Below, piece after piece: positions 53,308 through 64,000 of a DNA stretch of 64,000 nt. Source of the DNA: Cyanidioschyzon merolae. Taxonomy: Eukaryota. Below the pieces are notes generated by a model. The model did no database searches, was not told the DNA's origin, and worked only from the letters and a program-made list of their open reading frames with translations. The stretch lies in NCBI GenBank assembly GCA_000091205.1, contig AP006485.2; one strand, given 5' to 3'. The stretch's first letter is position 1; the number at the start of each line of letters is the position of its first letter. Made by a program: the position numbers and the translations under genes.

Positions 53308-54953
53308 TCACGATGACGTGGAAAATTCAAAGTCTTCGAGATCCGCATCAGCTGCGACGTTCTCAACCGCAGCACCAGGAGAGAGCGGCAAAGCAAATGC
53401 TTGCCTTTCTCTCCGAGTTTTATGCTTCCAGACATGGAACACGACTTCATCGTCAACATCAGCGACCGATAGCGGGGCAGCGTCGGTAGCAGGATTCTCA
53501 TCCATCACAACTTCTTCTGCGCTCGGTGAAGGCTCGCAGACATCAAGATCAAAAGCGTTATCCCAGTTTGAAACGATCTGGGCTCCAAGCTGCTGCGACG
53601 AAGGCAGTCCAACGTGCTTCGGCCACGTATAGTATGGGATTCTGCCAGTTGCCCAATCTTGCACCAGGACTCGAGCTGCTGCTTCGAGATCAAGAACTCC
53701 CGCTTTGCGTAACAACCCACGCCTTTTTGCAAGCAGTGCCAAGAACTGCGTGGCAAAAGATTCCTCTCGAGTAGCTTCGTTTGCAGCAACCATATCGCAC
53801 ATCGAAAATGCAGGCATTTCGTAGAGTAGAGAGAGCGCTCCATCCGCGTTATACTGACATCGTTCGAGTACCAGGCGAGCCGCAGCCACCGGATCGCTGA
53901 GCTCCTCAACAGCGAGAAATCCAGCGAGCGCCATTCGACTTTCGTCTCGAGAGCCAGATGTCGCATTGGCAACTGGCTCGGGTGAGCCCGCGGCTTTCGT
54001 CTGCTCCACCTCCACCACGGGTGCTGGATCGATTTCCTGCACATCGTCCAGCACAACACCAGGCGAGTCCAGCAACCGGATGTTGCTATCAAGCCGAACC
54101 TCCTGCAGTGTTTTGGTGATACCCGGACGGGCGCCAGTCGCCACAGCACCTTGTTCACGGCAGAGGGCGTTCAGTAGACTTGACTTGCCCACATTCGGTT
54201 TGCCGACGATGCCTACAGTGATGGTGCTGCTGGATGATTGCTTGTCCGCACGCCGTTTCGCATAGAGCTTGAGCAGCTGCACCAGCTGCGAGAGCTGTTT
54301 TGGTTGTACTGCGCTACCTGGCTGCCGCGGGCCCCGGTGCTGACCAGTCTGATCGAGGCCTTCATGCATCGCCAATGTCGGGTACTCGGCCCGAAGTCGA
54401 CACAGCCAGGCCTGGAGAGCTTCACGTGGAACCAGGTCCGCTTTGCTGAGCACCAATATCAGCCGTTTCCCGCCAGCAGCTCGCGCACCCTCGTGACGTA
54501 CCAGCAGCTCGAGCGCTGAAGATCGGCTCTCCAGCGGGTTCCGGGCGTCGAGCACCTCGACAACGACATCCGAAAACTCCACGACACGACGAAGCGCTGC
54601 AGCAAAAGACCGCCTCGAGCGCGCAACTTCGCGGAACACCGGAGTCTTCTCGAGTGCATTCGCACCGGATAACGCAGGAGCGGACACGGGCGACTCGCCC
54701 AAGGAGCCCGCTTCTGCCGTCACCGTCGATCGCAGGGCCAGTCGTCGCGCTGCCTGCTCCAGCAACTGCTCCTTTTAGGGTTGAGGTTCGGTACACCGAG
54801 CTCGCGCTGGGCCTTGCGCTGCCCTTTAATCATACCTTCTTGTCGTTGCTTGCGAACCAGGCGCCGCATTCGTCGATTGTGCTCCGCCACTTTCCGCTGC
54901 ACTTTGTACTTGTGCTTTAGCGTTTCTCGTTTGCTATGGCGATGTGGTGCCAT
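53308..54953 (-). CDS. GNL3/nucleostemin/Nug1-type circularly permuted nucleolar GTPase; the reading frame changes once near 54773-54776
   Basis: The N-terminal ORF 54720..54953 (ATG 54953) reads MAPHRHSKRETLKHKYKVQRKVAEHNRRMRRLVRKQRQ...ELGVPNLNPK, a GN3L/Grn1-type basic N-domain. The main ORF 53308..54765 is in another frame and carries motifs in permuted order: LVLSKADL (G4), GIVGKPNVGKSSLLNAL (G1), LLDSPGVV (G3). Confidence 0.75.
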
Positions 54954-55685
54954 ATCGCCGTCTTCTCAGAGCACGATTCGAGATTCCAGACGCACCTCTT
55001 TGGAAAAAGACCAATGCTGTACCGAGTCGGTGAAAATGCAAGCAACCGAGAAGCGCTGATAAAGGGATCGCAGCTGAGCAGTCCGCGACGCGAGGCCTAT
55101 CGTACATATGTGTCCATAAAAATACGTAAATGTACCTGTTATAACGAGTCCACACACCACCAATCGTGCGAGGGCGGATGCGCATTGCGTCATCCGCAAT
55201 GGCAACAGCGTTTGGCAAGCTGTCCCTTATATTCATTAAAATACATAAAGATACAGATAGGAACCACAGCGTCCAGGTTCATTTGTGGGAGCGCCCAGGG
55301 CGAAGCTCGCTTGACTCGAACTACGTTCTTCATACACTCCAGCATCGTACCAACTTGGCGGTGAAGGTGTATCCAGTACGCCCCGGTCCCTGCATCGGGC
55401 GAGCACTTTGATCCAGGATTTTTCAGCTCAAAGCCCTCGTTGTTGGACAGCTGTCACGCGCTTCAAGGAGGAGACACTGCTCCCGCAACGCTACTTGCAC
55501 TGATCACCTGGGTAAACGCCGCCTGTTGTGCTGCGCAGCCTCGACGCACCTGTGGCGGTGTTTGTCTAGTCCTTTTCCATTCGACATTGACTGAAACGGA
55601 CTTTCGCTCTGCCCAAATCGCCTACCGTGTTCGTGGAAACAAGTCTCTTCGTCGACACGAGGCTCTGACTGCGTCGCACGCTTCC

Positions 55686-58295
55686 ATGCCGTGCGACGCA
55701 CAAGCGGGCCAGCGGCTTGTTCGGGCCCTGTCGCGAGCAGAGACTTGGGATACTCGGCGGGCTCTGCTGCAGACGCTGGTCTCTGAGCTTCGAGATACCG
55801 AGAGTGTCACTTTTTTCCTACAGGAAACGAAACTTCGCTCGGTGCTCGGCCAGCTAATCGAAAGGGCCTTGCGGGCAGCGCAGCCACACATCGTCGACCT
55901 ACTGGACCTGACGATGCAGGTGATTAAGTGCCTTGTCAAGTCGATGCAGAGAGAGGATGTGGTCGATTTTCTGGAGGAAAGCAAGTCTCTCGTTCACGGC
56001 CTTAAAGCGCTTCGAAAATTAGGACGCAGCAAAGGCGTTTCTGCGGAGAATTTCGTCGCTGACGCATCCGAAAAAGCCTGGGGCGAGCGACTTGCGACCT
56101 TGCGTGAGCAGGCTGCGAATATAATCGCTGAAATGGAACAGGTAGCTGGCCGAGAAAAACCCTCGACGCCATCAGCGCCCGAAGAAACACCAGAGGCAGG
56201 TGAGAGTCGTTCGCTACCGGTAGCCGTGCATGCACCAGTCCAAACAACCGATTCCAGTCACCCTGGTACCACTGAAGCATCTATTCACGCGAATGCAGAT
56301 GCGAGTAACGCTTCTGCAAAGGCCGCTGCATCCCAGGATGATACATCAGAGCCAGCACAGTCGACTGTTGGGGAACACGAAACGCCTCTGGCGGTCGGGG
56401 CGCTTTCGAGTTTCGCCTCGGCAGACGCGTCGATGAAAACGGGACGTAAGCGACCGCGTCCACGACCAGAACGTGACACAGCTTTGCCGGCTTTTACAAG
56501 CTCCTCTGATGAAGCTTCCCAAAGTGTTTCTGCTCGAGCTACGGAATCTGTAGGTACGCAGCCGACCGTCGACGTTAGTGACGCAGATGCGTCGCTCTTG
56601 CCACAACAAGCTTCAGCACACGTAACAGCAGCTCGAGCGGAGCGAATGCATCACTCCGATGCCCTCGAGACAACGTCACCACCTGGAGCAACAATACCCG
56701 AGCGATGTGCGAACGAAGCAACGCATCATGTACCTACACCTACCGTGCGCGATGCAGGTCACACCGGCGATATCGCCGAAAAGGAAGCATCATCAGCCGA
56801 ATCAACATCATTCGTAGCACCAGAAGAGGCAGCAGCAACTTGTGCGATAACCAATCGATCTGCGAAGCGAGCGAAAATGGAGGCTCCGCGTCCAGCCCTT
56901 CGGATCCGAACATCCGCTGACGCATCATCGACGAAACTTGCTCGAAAACCTGCATCAAAGCGTGTTCATTTCGCCCCAGAGCCTGTGCTTGTGCAAGTCT
57001 ATGCCTTTGAATATATTCCCGACGAGCGCACGCATGCCCCTGTGAACCTCGCTGGCATCGTGTCTGATACCGATGAACCGGCATTGGACGGGGAATCAGG
57101 TGCGACGAGTGCGACCAAAGAGCGATCGACGCACGCTCCAGGCAATGGATTCTCAGAGGTCGTAGAGGAGGGTCGTCTCATGCAAAAGAAACGCCAACAT
57201 CGCCAGAAAGTTCTTGCTGAAATGCGGGAGGATGCGACATTCTACCCGCCGCCACATGTCGAGAGTTCCTGTCCGCTGGGAGCAGCTGGCGAATGCGAGC
57301 AGCTGTCCGACGTTCTCGCCAACGGCTCTACTGTTGGATGCGTTCCACGCAACGCGGACAGTCATCAAAGCGGTACCATTGGAGTCGTTTCGCCTGGGTC
57401 GCTATCGTCCGGTGTGCCCGACGAACCGATGCCGCCGTCGCCACCTCGTGAGCGCTCGCTCGACAGGCAGACACCACCACCGAGCCTGCGGGTGATTCCA
57501 GAGTATCGCGTGGAGCATCCAGCTCCAACCTCGTTTTCCTACACACCGGCAGGGGCGCTTGCACCGGCGGGAACACCAGAAGCGACCGTATCTGCACCAG
57601 CGGCTGCCACGACTGCAAACCTATTGACATCGTTCCACGGGACACGAGGCCCAAGTACGCTGGATCCAACGCGATTGCAAACGAAGCCCTCGGATCGGAT
57701 ACAGCCGCCTCACCTGGAGACCAGCCTCTGGTCAGCGATTCCACCGAATACGAGCGGCACGCCTGTTTCGGCTACATCGCAAGGCCAGCATACCGACCTA
57801 TTGCAGCGCAATCAGATAGATGAGGCTATCTTGCAGCATTTCCTGCTCGTGAAAGACGAAGAGACCCGTTTACAATTACTTTGTGATGAAAATGTCCTGC
57901 GAGTAGTCCAAAAGTACGCGGAAGAGAAACAGCGAGAGGCGGCTTTGCAGCACGCACATGGCTACCGCCATGCGAACGCAGCACCCGGTAACCAGTGGAG
58001 CGGTTATCCAGCACCGGCACCGGCACCAGCACCAGCACCACTAGCGGCAGCGTTTCCTGCACTGACTCCTCAACAGGCTCCGTTCCCGGTGTTGAATGGC
58101 ATGCCATCGGACCCGATCGGCTATCACGGATTCGTTTCGCCAGCGCTGCGAAGAGAGACCGCCAGCTCCGCTGCGTACGCTCAAGCGACTGGGGTGAACA
58201 ACGACTCCGCACCTATTTGCAAGTACCACTTGCGCGGTTATTGCAGACGCGGTAAGTGGTGTCGCTTCCGGCATATATCGCCGGACAAGCCATAG
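55686..58295 (+). CDS. PNUTS/PPP1R10-like protein: TFIIS-N-like N-terminus, RVxF PP1-docking motif, C-terminal CCCH zinc finger
   Basis: The track start at 55440 is TTG; the first ATG is at 55686. KRVHFAPEPVLVQVYAFEYIPDER (RVHF at 56961-56972) parallels PNUTS [21 protein letters not shown]. The C-terminal CKYHLRGYCRRGKWCRFRH (58218-58274) has C-x7-C-x5-C-x3-H spacing. Confidence 0.55.
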   Translation: MPCDAQAGQRLVRALSRAETWDTRRALLQTLVSELRDTESVTFFLQETKLRSVLGQLIERALRAAQPHIVDLLDLTMQVIKCLVKSMQREDVVDFLEESKSLVHGLKALRKLGRSKGVSAENFVADASEKAWGERLATLREQAANIIAEMEQVAGREKPSTPSAPEETPEAGESRSLPVAVHAPVQTTDSSHPGTTEASIHANADASNASAKAAASQDDTSEPAQSTVGEHETPLAVGALSSFASADASMKTGRKRPRPRPERDTALPAFTSSSDEASQSVSARATESVGTQPTVDVSDADASLLPQQASAHVTAARAERMHHSDALETTSPPGATIPERCANEATHHVPTPTVRDAGHTGDIAEKEASSAESTSFVAPEEAAATCAITNRSAKRAKMEAPRPALRIRTSADASSTKLARKPASKRVHFAPEPVLVQVYAFEYIPDERTHAPVNLAGIVSDTDEPALDGESGATSATKERSTHAPGNGFSEVVEEGRLMQKKRQHRQKVLAEMREDATFYPPPHVESSCPLGAAGECEQLSDVLANGSTVGCVPRNADSHQSGTIGVVSPGSLSSGVPDEPMPPSPPRERSLDRQTPPPSLRVIPEYRVEHPAPTSFSYTPAGALAPAGTPEATVSAPAAATTANLLTSFHGTRGPSTLDPTRLQTKPSDRIQPPHLETSLWSAIPPNTSGTPVSATSQGQHTDLLQRNQIDEAILQHFLLVKDEETRLQLLCDENVLRVVQKYAEEKQREAALQHAHGYRHANAAPGNQWSGYPAPAPAPAPAPLAAAFPALTPQQAPFPVLNGMPSDPIGYHGFVSPALRRETASSAAYAQATGVNNDSAPICKYHLRGYCRRGKWCRFRHISPDKP

Positions 58296-58420
58296 GCGAG
58301 CAAGGCATGAGCTTCCCCACAGACGCGGCGATTTCGAACCATGGAATATCTTTATCGTTCAACGCCTGCCCGCGAGCACCGTTCCCAGTATGTATATTTG
58401 GCGGTCCAGTGTTTCTGAAA

Positions 58421-59612
58421 TGCGGACTCCTACCATATCCATGACCTACTCTTAAGGGGAGTATCCAATCAATCGACGCTACCCCGGCGGATGAATGTTT
58501 TCACGACAGGAGTTTTCACGGGTTTCAGCATGATTCGCAGACTAAGCACGAAATCATATGTTAGGAGTTTCGCTCTGTACAAAACTGCTGGTCGCTCCGC
58601 ACGCACGAAACATCTCCAGATATTCATAGAGACTCCGATATTTCGGTGCAGAACGTGCTCGCACCTGTGGCTGCCAGTGGCATCATTCCAAAGCGTGCCT
58701 GTCATTGTCGATTGCCCCGTTATCTGAGGTTCAGTCAGCATCCGCTGTACCATGATGTGCTTCGGTCTCTGCTTCTCGCGCGTCTGCTTCGCTGTCCGCT
58801 TCACCGGGCACCCTGACTCGTGAAGCGCGTACGTCGACCCAGACGCATCGCTGGGAATCGTGCCGCATCCATGTGCATCCACAGTTGTACGCTCTCGTGG
58901 ATGGAGCAGGAGTGCAGCCTTGGCATGCTATAGCGCATCGATTGCTCTGTGGTATCACGAAACGACACGATACGAACGATCGAAGGTTTCCTTTCCCGTC
59001 GCATGAAAAGTGTTGGTGAATGCACGCTTGTCGCCTGGGTAGAACTGGAACCGGTGGCGACCCAGCGCTGTCTCATTGACTCTTGCCGGAGATCGTCCGT
59101 ATGCGCCATTTTGGACGTCTCGGGATGCTCTAGGTGAAGCATCCGAAGCACTGGTGTCGGCGCGAGACTGTACGCAGAGCGTCGAGCTGCAGGATGGGTG
59201 GCTAGGGGCTATGGCGCCTCTGCTGCATCTCCTGGTATGCCGCATGGCGTTTATGACGCTCGACTCTCGATGACGGTGCGCTCTGGGAAACTCGAGCCGC
59301 TTCATCTGCTTTCACCCAGGATGCAAGGCTCTGTCCTTTTGATCAATACCTATGGCGACGGGCACGACACGCCCACACAAGTAGGCATCCAAAGTCCTTC
59401 TCCAGTACTACCTCGAAGGGTGGAACGTGATTCTCGAGTTTCGATGTAGGCATAGGTTTCAAAAAGGGCATGCACAGGGATATGAGGTCGCTTTCGATTT
59501 TCGATGTAAGCATCTTTCCATTTCCTCCATGTACTCGATAAATCTTACACAAACTCCGCCGACGCTCTTCTGCCGAGTTGCTCGAATGCTTCGTAGTTGA
59601 TCGCAGAGACCA
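58421..59612 (-). mobile_element. LTR-like repeat B, copy B2 (1192 bp), probable 3' LTR of a 5'-truncated Ty1/copia-like element
   Basis: Near-identical to 13830..15021 and the same length, with TG...CA termini in minus orientation. The pol-like frame from 59613 upward (..LFDVIPMRNSKAHFIMKEKYVVHGFHRERR) continues into it as LVSAINYEAFEQLGRRASAEFV*. Confidence 0.6.
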
Positions 59613-62150
59613 ACCGGCGCTCTCTGTGGAAGCCATGCACGACATACTTCTCTTTCATGATGAAATGGGCTTTGCTGTTACGCATGGGGATCACGTCGAA
59701 TAGAAGCTTGCAGAGGCGAGCACGATTGGATTCGGAGGAAGGGTCTTTTGCAGACTGCCCTGTTCAGTACATTCTTGTGGCGCAAGATTTAAGTCTTGGT
59801 TGCATCACGTCTCAACCATCATACAGGCATGACGTCGATCGGTCCGAGTCAGAGAGCAGCACGATGAGCCTGGACGATCTAAGGTTGCATTCGCGCTCTT
59901 GCTGCTGCATCTCTTCCGAACTGGCTGGCAACTCGAGCTCGGTCGCTGCCAGCTCGTCGGTTGTCTTCATGGATATCAATTAGGAACCCGTTGGATCTGT
60001 TCCCAGTTTTCTGGACCAGTGAGGTTAGGGCACCAGGTTCCAGTTCGCGATTCATGAAGCAGTCGAGACTGATCTGCACGAGATGTTTAAGACTTATTTG
60101 GTACTTATCGGGTGCCGCGCTCCCGCGTACATTCGAATCAACGAAACGGAGCACCGATGCACCAAGATACCACCGGGAACCTGCACCCATATGTCTGATC
60201 CGAGAACCAGGCCGTGCTGCATCTTCTGTCCCGAATATCCGTTTTCTCTGGGTGCGAATATTTGATCGAAACATTCCCGAGGGATATGAATAGCTGGCAG
60301 CCCTGCGTCCCGAATGCTTACGACCATTTTTGCCCGACGAGAAGCGTGCAGCCGGCAGCAGCTCAACGAGACATCCACAAGTACGATTCCATGCGATCGT
60401 TCATGGCGCTCGACATCCTCGGTTATCATCGAAGCGAGCGGCTCGTCAATTGATCAGTACGCATCAAAATAGCGTTTGACACCAAAGGAGACGCCGCCGG
60501 CAATTATGACCTAGGAAGCACATGGTGGTACGGGTCGCAGCTCAACACCAATATCCGTTGTGTCATCTTGGAACGTTTTAGAGGAGTCCGAAAAGACGTT
60601 GTGCAAGAGCCGGAGAAGAGAATCTGGTGATTTCACGTATCGAAGTGTCCTTCGACATAGGATACGACGTTGAATGATCCTGTCGATCCAGCAGTTGCAG
60701 GTGAATGCTTCATGGTGTCGCCGCCAGCGCAAATGTTGTCGACATGCCCGCTGCCCTCTTGTCTACGAACTGCAGTCTGGCCCTTCTTTGATGATCCATG
60801 TACAAGTCTAGCATTTGTCCCAAATGAAATCACATCGAATGAGACGGTGATTCATCCGTCCCGTTCAAAGCGCTCGCGTATCAGTCCTCGGTCGATGGTG
60901 CACTGTTCATGATGCAGCGGTTTCGAGTAGTGGCGTGCCCTCTTCTTCTTTGCCTCGTATCTCTTCATCACCTTTCGTATCAACAGTACGTGAACTTGAT
61001 ATTCTGTGCCTTTATTGGCAGTGTTTCGTCGCGATCATGTAGAAACCGGATACTCCGTGATTGTGACAATCGTCTAGCTATATTCTCAAGAGTTCTCTCG
61101 GGGATACACGACATTCGGAATACGGACAACGGTATATACGGTTCGTCCAGGTGCTCGGCGTCGAGCAATGGACTTGTACATCCAAGACGATTTCTAGCAA
61201 GCTAATTGTGATAGTAGAAGACTGCTCGCGACTTTTCACCAATTTACAGGGTATATTCCCCTTTATTGGATACCTACGAGAGGAACAAATAGTTACACGT
61301 TTCGCGTACTGGTACAGAAATTCCAGAACTCAATGCTCCGCGTACCATACGATCCCGAGCAGAGCCCGACAGGTATCAAGAAGCTCAGACTCGACGTACT
61401 TCAAAGCGTGCGCCTTTCAAGAGGCTGCTGAGCATGACATCGAGGCGTCTGAGCACCACAATGCGCGCTGGTCGCCAAGCAAAAGCGCTGCGCTTCAGCG
61501 ACGCAGCACCTATGTTGCGTCGTTGCAAGCCAGCTACCCGCTGAGGCATTGCTTCGACATGCAAAGATTTCGATCGATCTGTACAACTGAGAAAACACGC
61601 AATCCATCGACGCGTGTCTTTTGGATGTGCTCGAAAACGTGCTCGTTCTTTTGCGAGTCGCAAATGAGTGCATCGATGCTCCAGCGCAGATTAGCACCCA
61701 TAACCGATAGTCATCCACTTGATCTAGTCGGATCGCGTGCACCTAACGGATACGCCATTTGAAGCATGCGCTGTGCGCGCTCTTCCATGCCGGCAGTTGC
61801 TGCGCGCTTTTATAGTAGGGCGGCTCGCGTGCACGGACACGGGGGCACTTGCGCGACACTCGGTACGCCTGGAAGCAACCCCTCTAGTGTCAACGTATAT
61901 CCCTGTGCGGAGTGTGCTTTCGTCGTGGCGCTTCTGGCGGGGCAAGCGCAGCGAATTCACGAGCTCGGGTCGTGTACAGGCGCCGCCTCGCGCACTTCAA
62001 ACGAAGCTTCGTGTTTGAACTTGTATGCATGTGCTGTCTCGGCGACGGAGACGATACTGCAACGCAGCAATCTGGCTTCACGAGGAGTTTCTTCGTGGCA
62101 TCCAGCGGAGTACTGAGTGGGCTTTGCGCTTCACTCGATGCACAGGGCAT
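59613..62150 (-). mobile_element. Degenerate Ty1/copia-like pol remnant (RT and RNase H regions) attached to B2
   Basis: Minus-strand fragments, in order: LRLKCARRRLYTTRAREF (like v.KL.KsLYGLKQa.R.W), STLRTGIYVDTRG (like L.EEIYM.QP.G), IRLDQVDDYRL (like LLYVDDmli), FRAHPKDTRRWIACFLSCTDRSKSLHV (like F.M.DLG....FLG.EI.R....I.L), GSSKKGQTAVRRQ (RNase H region), and KAHFIMKEKY (like YHFIREKV). The order is RT then RNase H then LTR. There are many frameshifts. Confidence 0.4.
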
Positions 62151-62332
62151 CAGTTCGCGTGCACACGCCCCTCAGCCTTCACATTCGAGCGTGCGTTTCA
62201 TCAACGACACGCGTTCAAGAAGTACCAATGCCCGTGTGCTGTGTAGATTTTCGCAAGGTTCAAACACGGAAATTCCGTGACGATTTCGACACTATTGTCC
62301 ACATGGCAAGCATACTGGCACTCTGCATGCTT

Positions 62333-63892
62333 CTAAAGAATTGAATCTTGATCATTTTGCAGCTGTAGCTGCCGTTGCTGCTTCAGGCGACGAGCTTCCT
62401 GTCGAGCCTGGCGACGTAGTTGTTCAGATCGCATTCCCGGGCGCCGGCTCTTTCTCGAAACGCTGGTTCCCGAGGAAAGCGCCAGCTCATTACTGTTTGC
62501 CACCAGCGGGCTAGCATCCCTGCTAGTCGACTGCGCGCTCCCCATAAACGCTAACCCAAACAAATCCCGGAGGAACGGGTTGCCCTCAAGCTGGACAGTC
62601 AGTGCTCGCCCACATGCTCGACGCAGAGCATCTAACTGCCGTCGTTGCGCCCAAGTCCTGGCTTGCAGACGTTCCTGCGCTCGTCCGCGGCGAAGCGAAA
62701 GCGTCTCTATTCCAGAACGTTGCGTTGCAGCGCGTTCAACCAGACGCAGCAGTGAGCGGTTGCGCTTCCCAAGCCGATAGCGCTGGGCACCAACCGTGAA
62801 TGCGACGCGTTCCAGAGCCCTGTCAAGCTTGTCGATACCCGCGGAAGTTATCGTCGACGACGACGACGAAGAAGAAGAAGAAGAAGAAGAAGATGATGAT
62901 GATGACGAAGAACAAGGTGGTGAATCCCGGCATTCCGAAGATGCTGACGATTCGCCCGCCTGGAAAGAGCCCTCGGCTGCATCGACATGGAGACGCGCTT
63001 CTCGATCTGCCTCAGCGAATGCAGCCACAGCATCAACATCATCGTCTGTGTGATCGTTGTCCATATGATGAGCAGGTATATTGGATCCAAATACCCCGGA
63101 ATCGGTTCCTTGAGAGTGCTCCAACAACAACGCTATGGCTTCTGTTGCCGCTAAACAGGTCTCCTTCGGTGTGGATGTGCTTTTCCAGTCACCTTGGACG
63201 GCGTGCAACTCGAGCCACTGGCGTAACGGACGCGCTTTTAACTGGGTCCGTATCACCTCCGATGGACAGGCACTCGCTAACAGTGACCATCCCCGAATAG
63301 CGGCCGCTACAACCTGGTCGAACGCGCTCGACTCGCCAAGACGCTGTTTCGTTTCACCAGTTGACAGGTCGCTCGGCGACGTATCCTGCCCGAACCAGCT
63401 TTCTAAACGCTGCATCAGCGCTACCAATGCAACTGAATCAGATGAAGCCAAAAAACGCAACAGACTCACCGTCTCTATGACACAGACTTGCCACTGAACC
63501 CACTCGGGGTCCGGTCGAGGCGCACTGCGTTCACTCGCTTCGAGCAAGACCTGCTCGAAACGTGTTCGCTGCAGGAGCGCCTCAACTGTTTCAGTGTCAG
63601 TGGTGCTTGCCACAAGCGTCAATACGCTTGTACCAATGAGTCGACAGACTTCGCGTTTCTCCCAGAGCGACCCTCGTCGCAGCGGGCCTCGCAAGGCCTG
63701 CTCCACGAGCTGCTCACAGCGTGTCTCCGACCAGAGGTCGGTACGGAGTCCCAGGTCCGTCAGCTGCCGTGCCCTATGGAGCGCTGCTTCTCGTAGCCAG
63801 CGCCGTTTGTCCGTTAGACTGTCAATGCACTCGTCTAGGGCTTCAGACTCGCTCGTCAGCACGCAGCCTCGGTCGAGGATGCTTACCAGCAT
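62333..63892 (-). CDS. IFRD: Interferon-related developmental regulator (IFRD/Tis7) family protein; the frame stays open to the right window edge
   Basis: ATG at 63892, but the same frame has no stop up to 64000, so the true start may lie outside the window. ALDECIDSLTDKRRWLREAALHRARQL matches the IFRD N-terminal pattern. The C-terminal W..RRQLDALRRACGRALTVQLEGNPFLRDLFGL matches the IFRD_C pattern. The internal Ser18 run is encoded by the (GAA/GAT/GAC)n tract at about 62850-62910. Confidence 0.65.
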   Translation of the reverse strand: MLVSILDRGCVLTSESEALDECIDSLTDKRRWLREAALHRARQLTDLGLRTDLWSETRCEQLVEQALRGPLRRGSLWEKREVCRLIGTSVLTLVASTTDTETVEALLQRTRFEQVLLEASERSAPRPDPEWVQWQVCVIETVSLLRFLASSDSVALVALMQRLESWFGQDTSPSDLSTGETKQRLGESSAFDQVVAAAIRGWSLLASACPSEVIRTQLKARPLRQWLELHAVQGDWKSTSTPKETCLAATEAIALLLEHSQGTDSGVFGSNIPAHHMDNDHTDDDVDAVAAFAEADREARLHVDAAEGSFQAGESSASSECRDSPPCSSSSSSSSSSSSSSSSSSSTITSAGIDKLDRALERVAFTVGAQRYRLGKRNRSLLRLVERAATQRSGIETLSLRRGRAQERLQARTWAQRRQLDALRRACGRALTVQLEGNPFLRDLFGLAFMGSAQSTSRDASPLVANSNELALSSGTSVSRKSRRPGMRSEQLRRQARQEARRLKQQRQLQLQNDQDSIL

Positions 63893-64000
63893 GTTTTCAG
63901 AGGTGCCAGTGCCCCTGAGAGACGACGCCGAGGCGTTGCTCGAATAGGAGGCGTTCCAGGAGTCACTTGAGCAGTCCAGTGGTGTTTCCTCGCCATTCGT

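Overview
This window looks like gene-dense nuclear DNA from an intron-poor, plastid-bearing unicellular eukaryote, GC-rich by eye. About 17 conserved genes read as single uninterrupted ORFs on both strands: eRF3, aspartate aminotransferase, PHGDH, a TL29/APX-like lumenal protein with a twin-arginine signal, V-ATPase subunit C, a Sec16-like giant protein, kinesin-5, WDR5, a 2-oxoglutarate-type mitochondrial carrier, an organellar RF2, a GNL3/Nug1-type GTPase, a PNUTS-like CCCH protein, IFRD and others. A tRNA-Met gene split by two short introns, one of them in the D-loop, together with the gene style, suggests a Cyanidioschyzon-like red alga, but I cannot verify that here. The ORF track calls GTG/TTG/CTG starts as M, so I re-anchored several CDS starts to the first ATG. 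The most interesting locus is 48.0-50.15 kb on the minus strand. Four ORF fragments there join into a roughly 700-codon Fanzor/TnpB-like RNA-guided-nuclease gene with a recognisable RuvC D-E-D triad and an N-terminal NLS-like patch. It is broken by two in-frame TAG codons and two frame changes. It sits in an A/T-richer island beside a degenerate Ty1/copia-like pol remnant and directly abuts a host methyltransferase-domain gene. Other accessory content: two near-identical 1192-bp LTR-like repeats attached to copia-like pol remnants, a three-copy dispersed repeat of unknown class (one copy inverted), a Tc1-like DD34E transposase relic, and an 8 x 76 bp tandem array upstream of the Sec16-like gene. 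Two housekeeping genes (RF2, GNL3-like) have start or frame anomalies that need read-level checking. All homology calls come from motif reading by eye; no searches were run.
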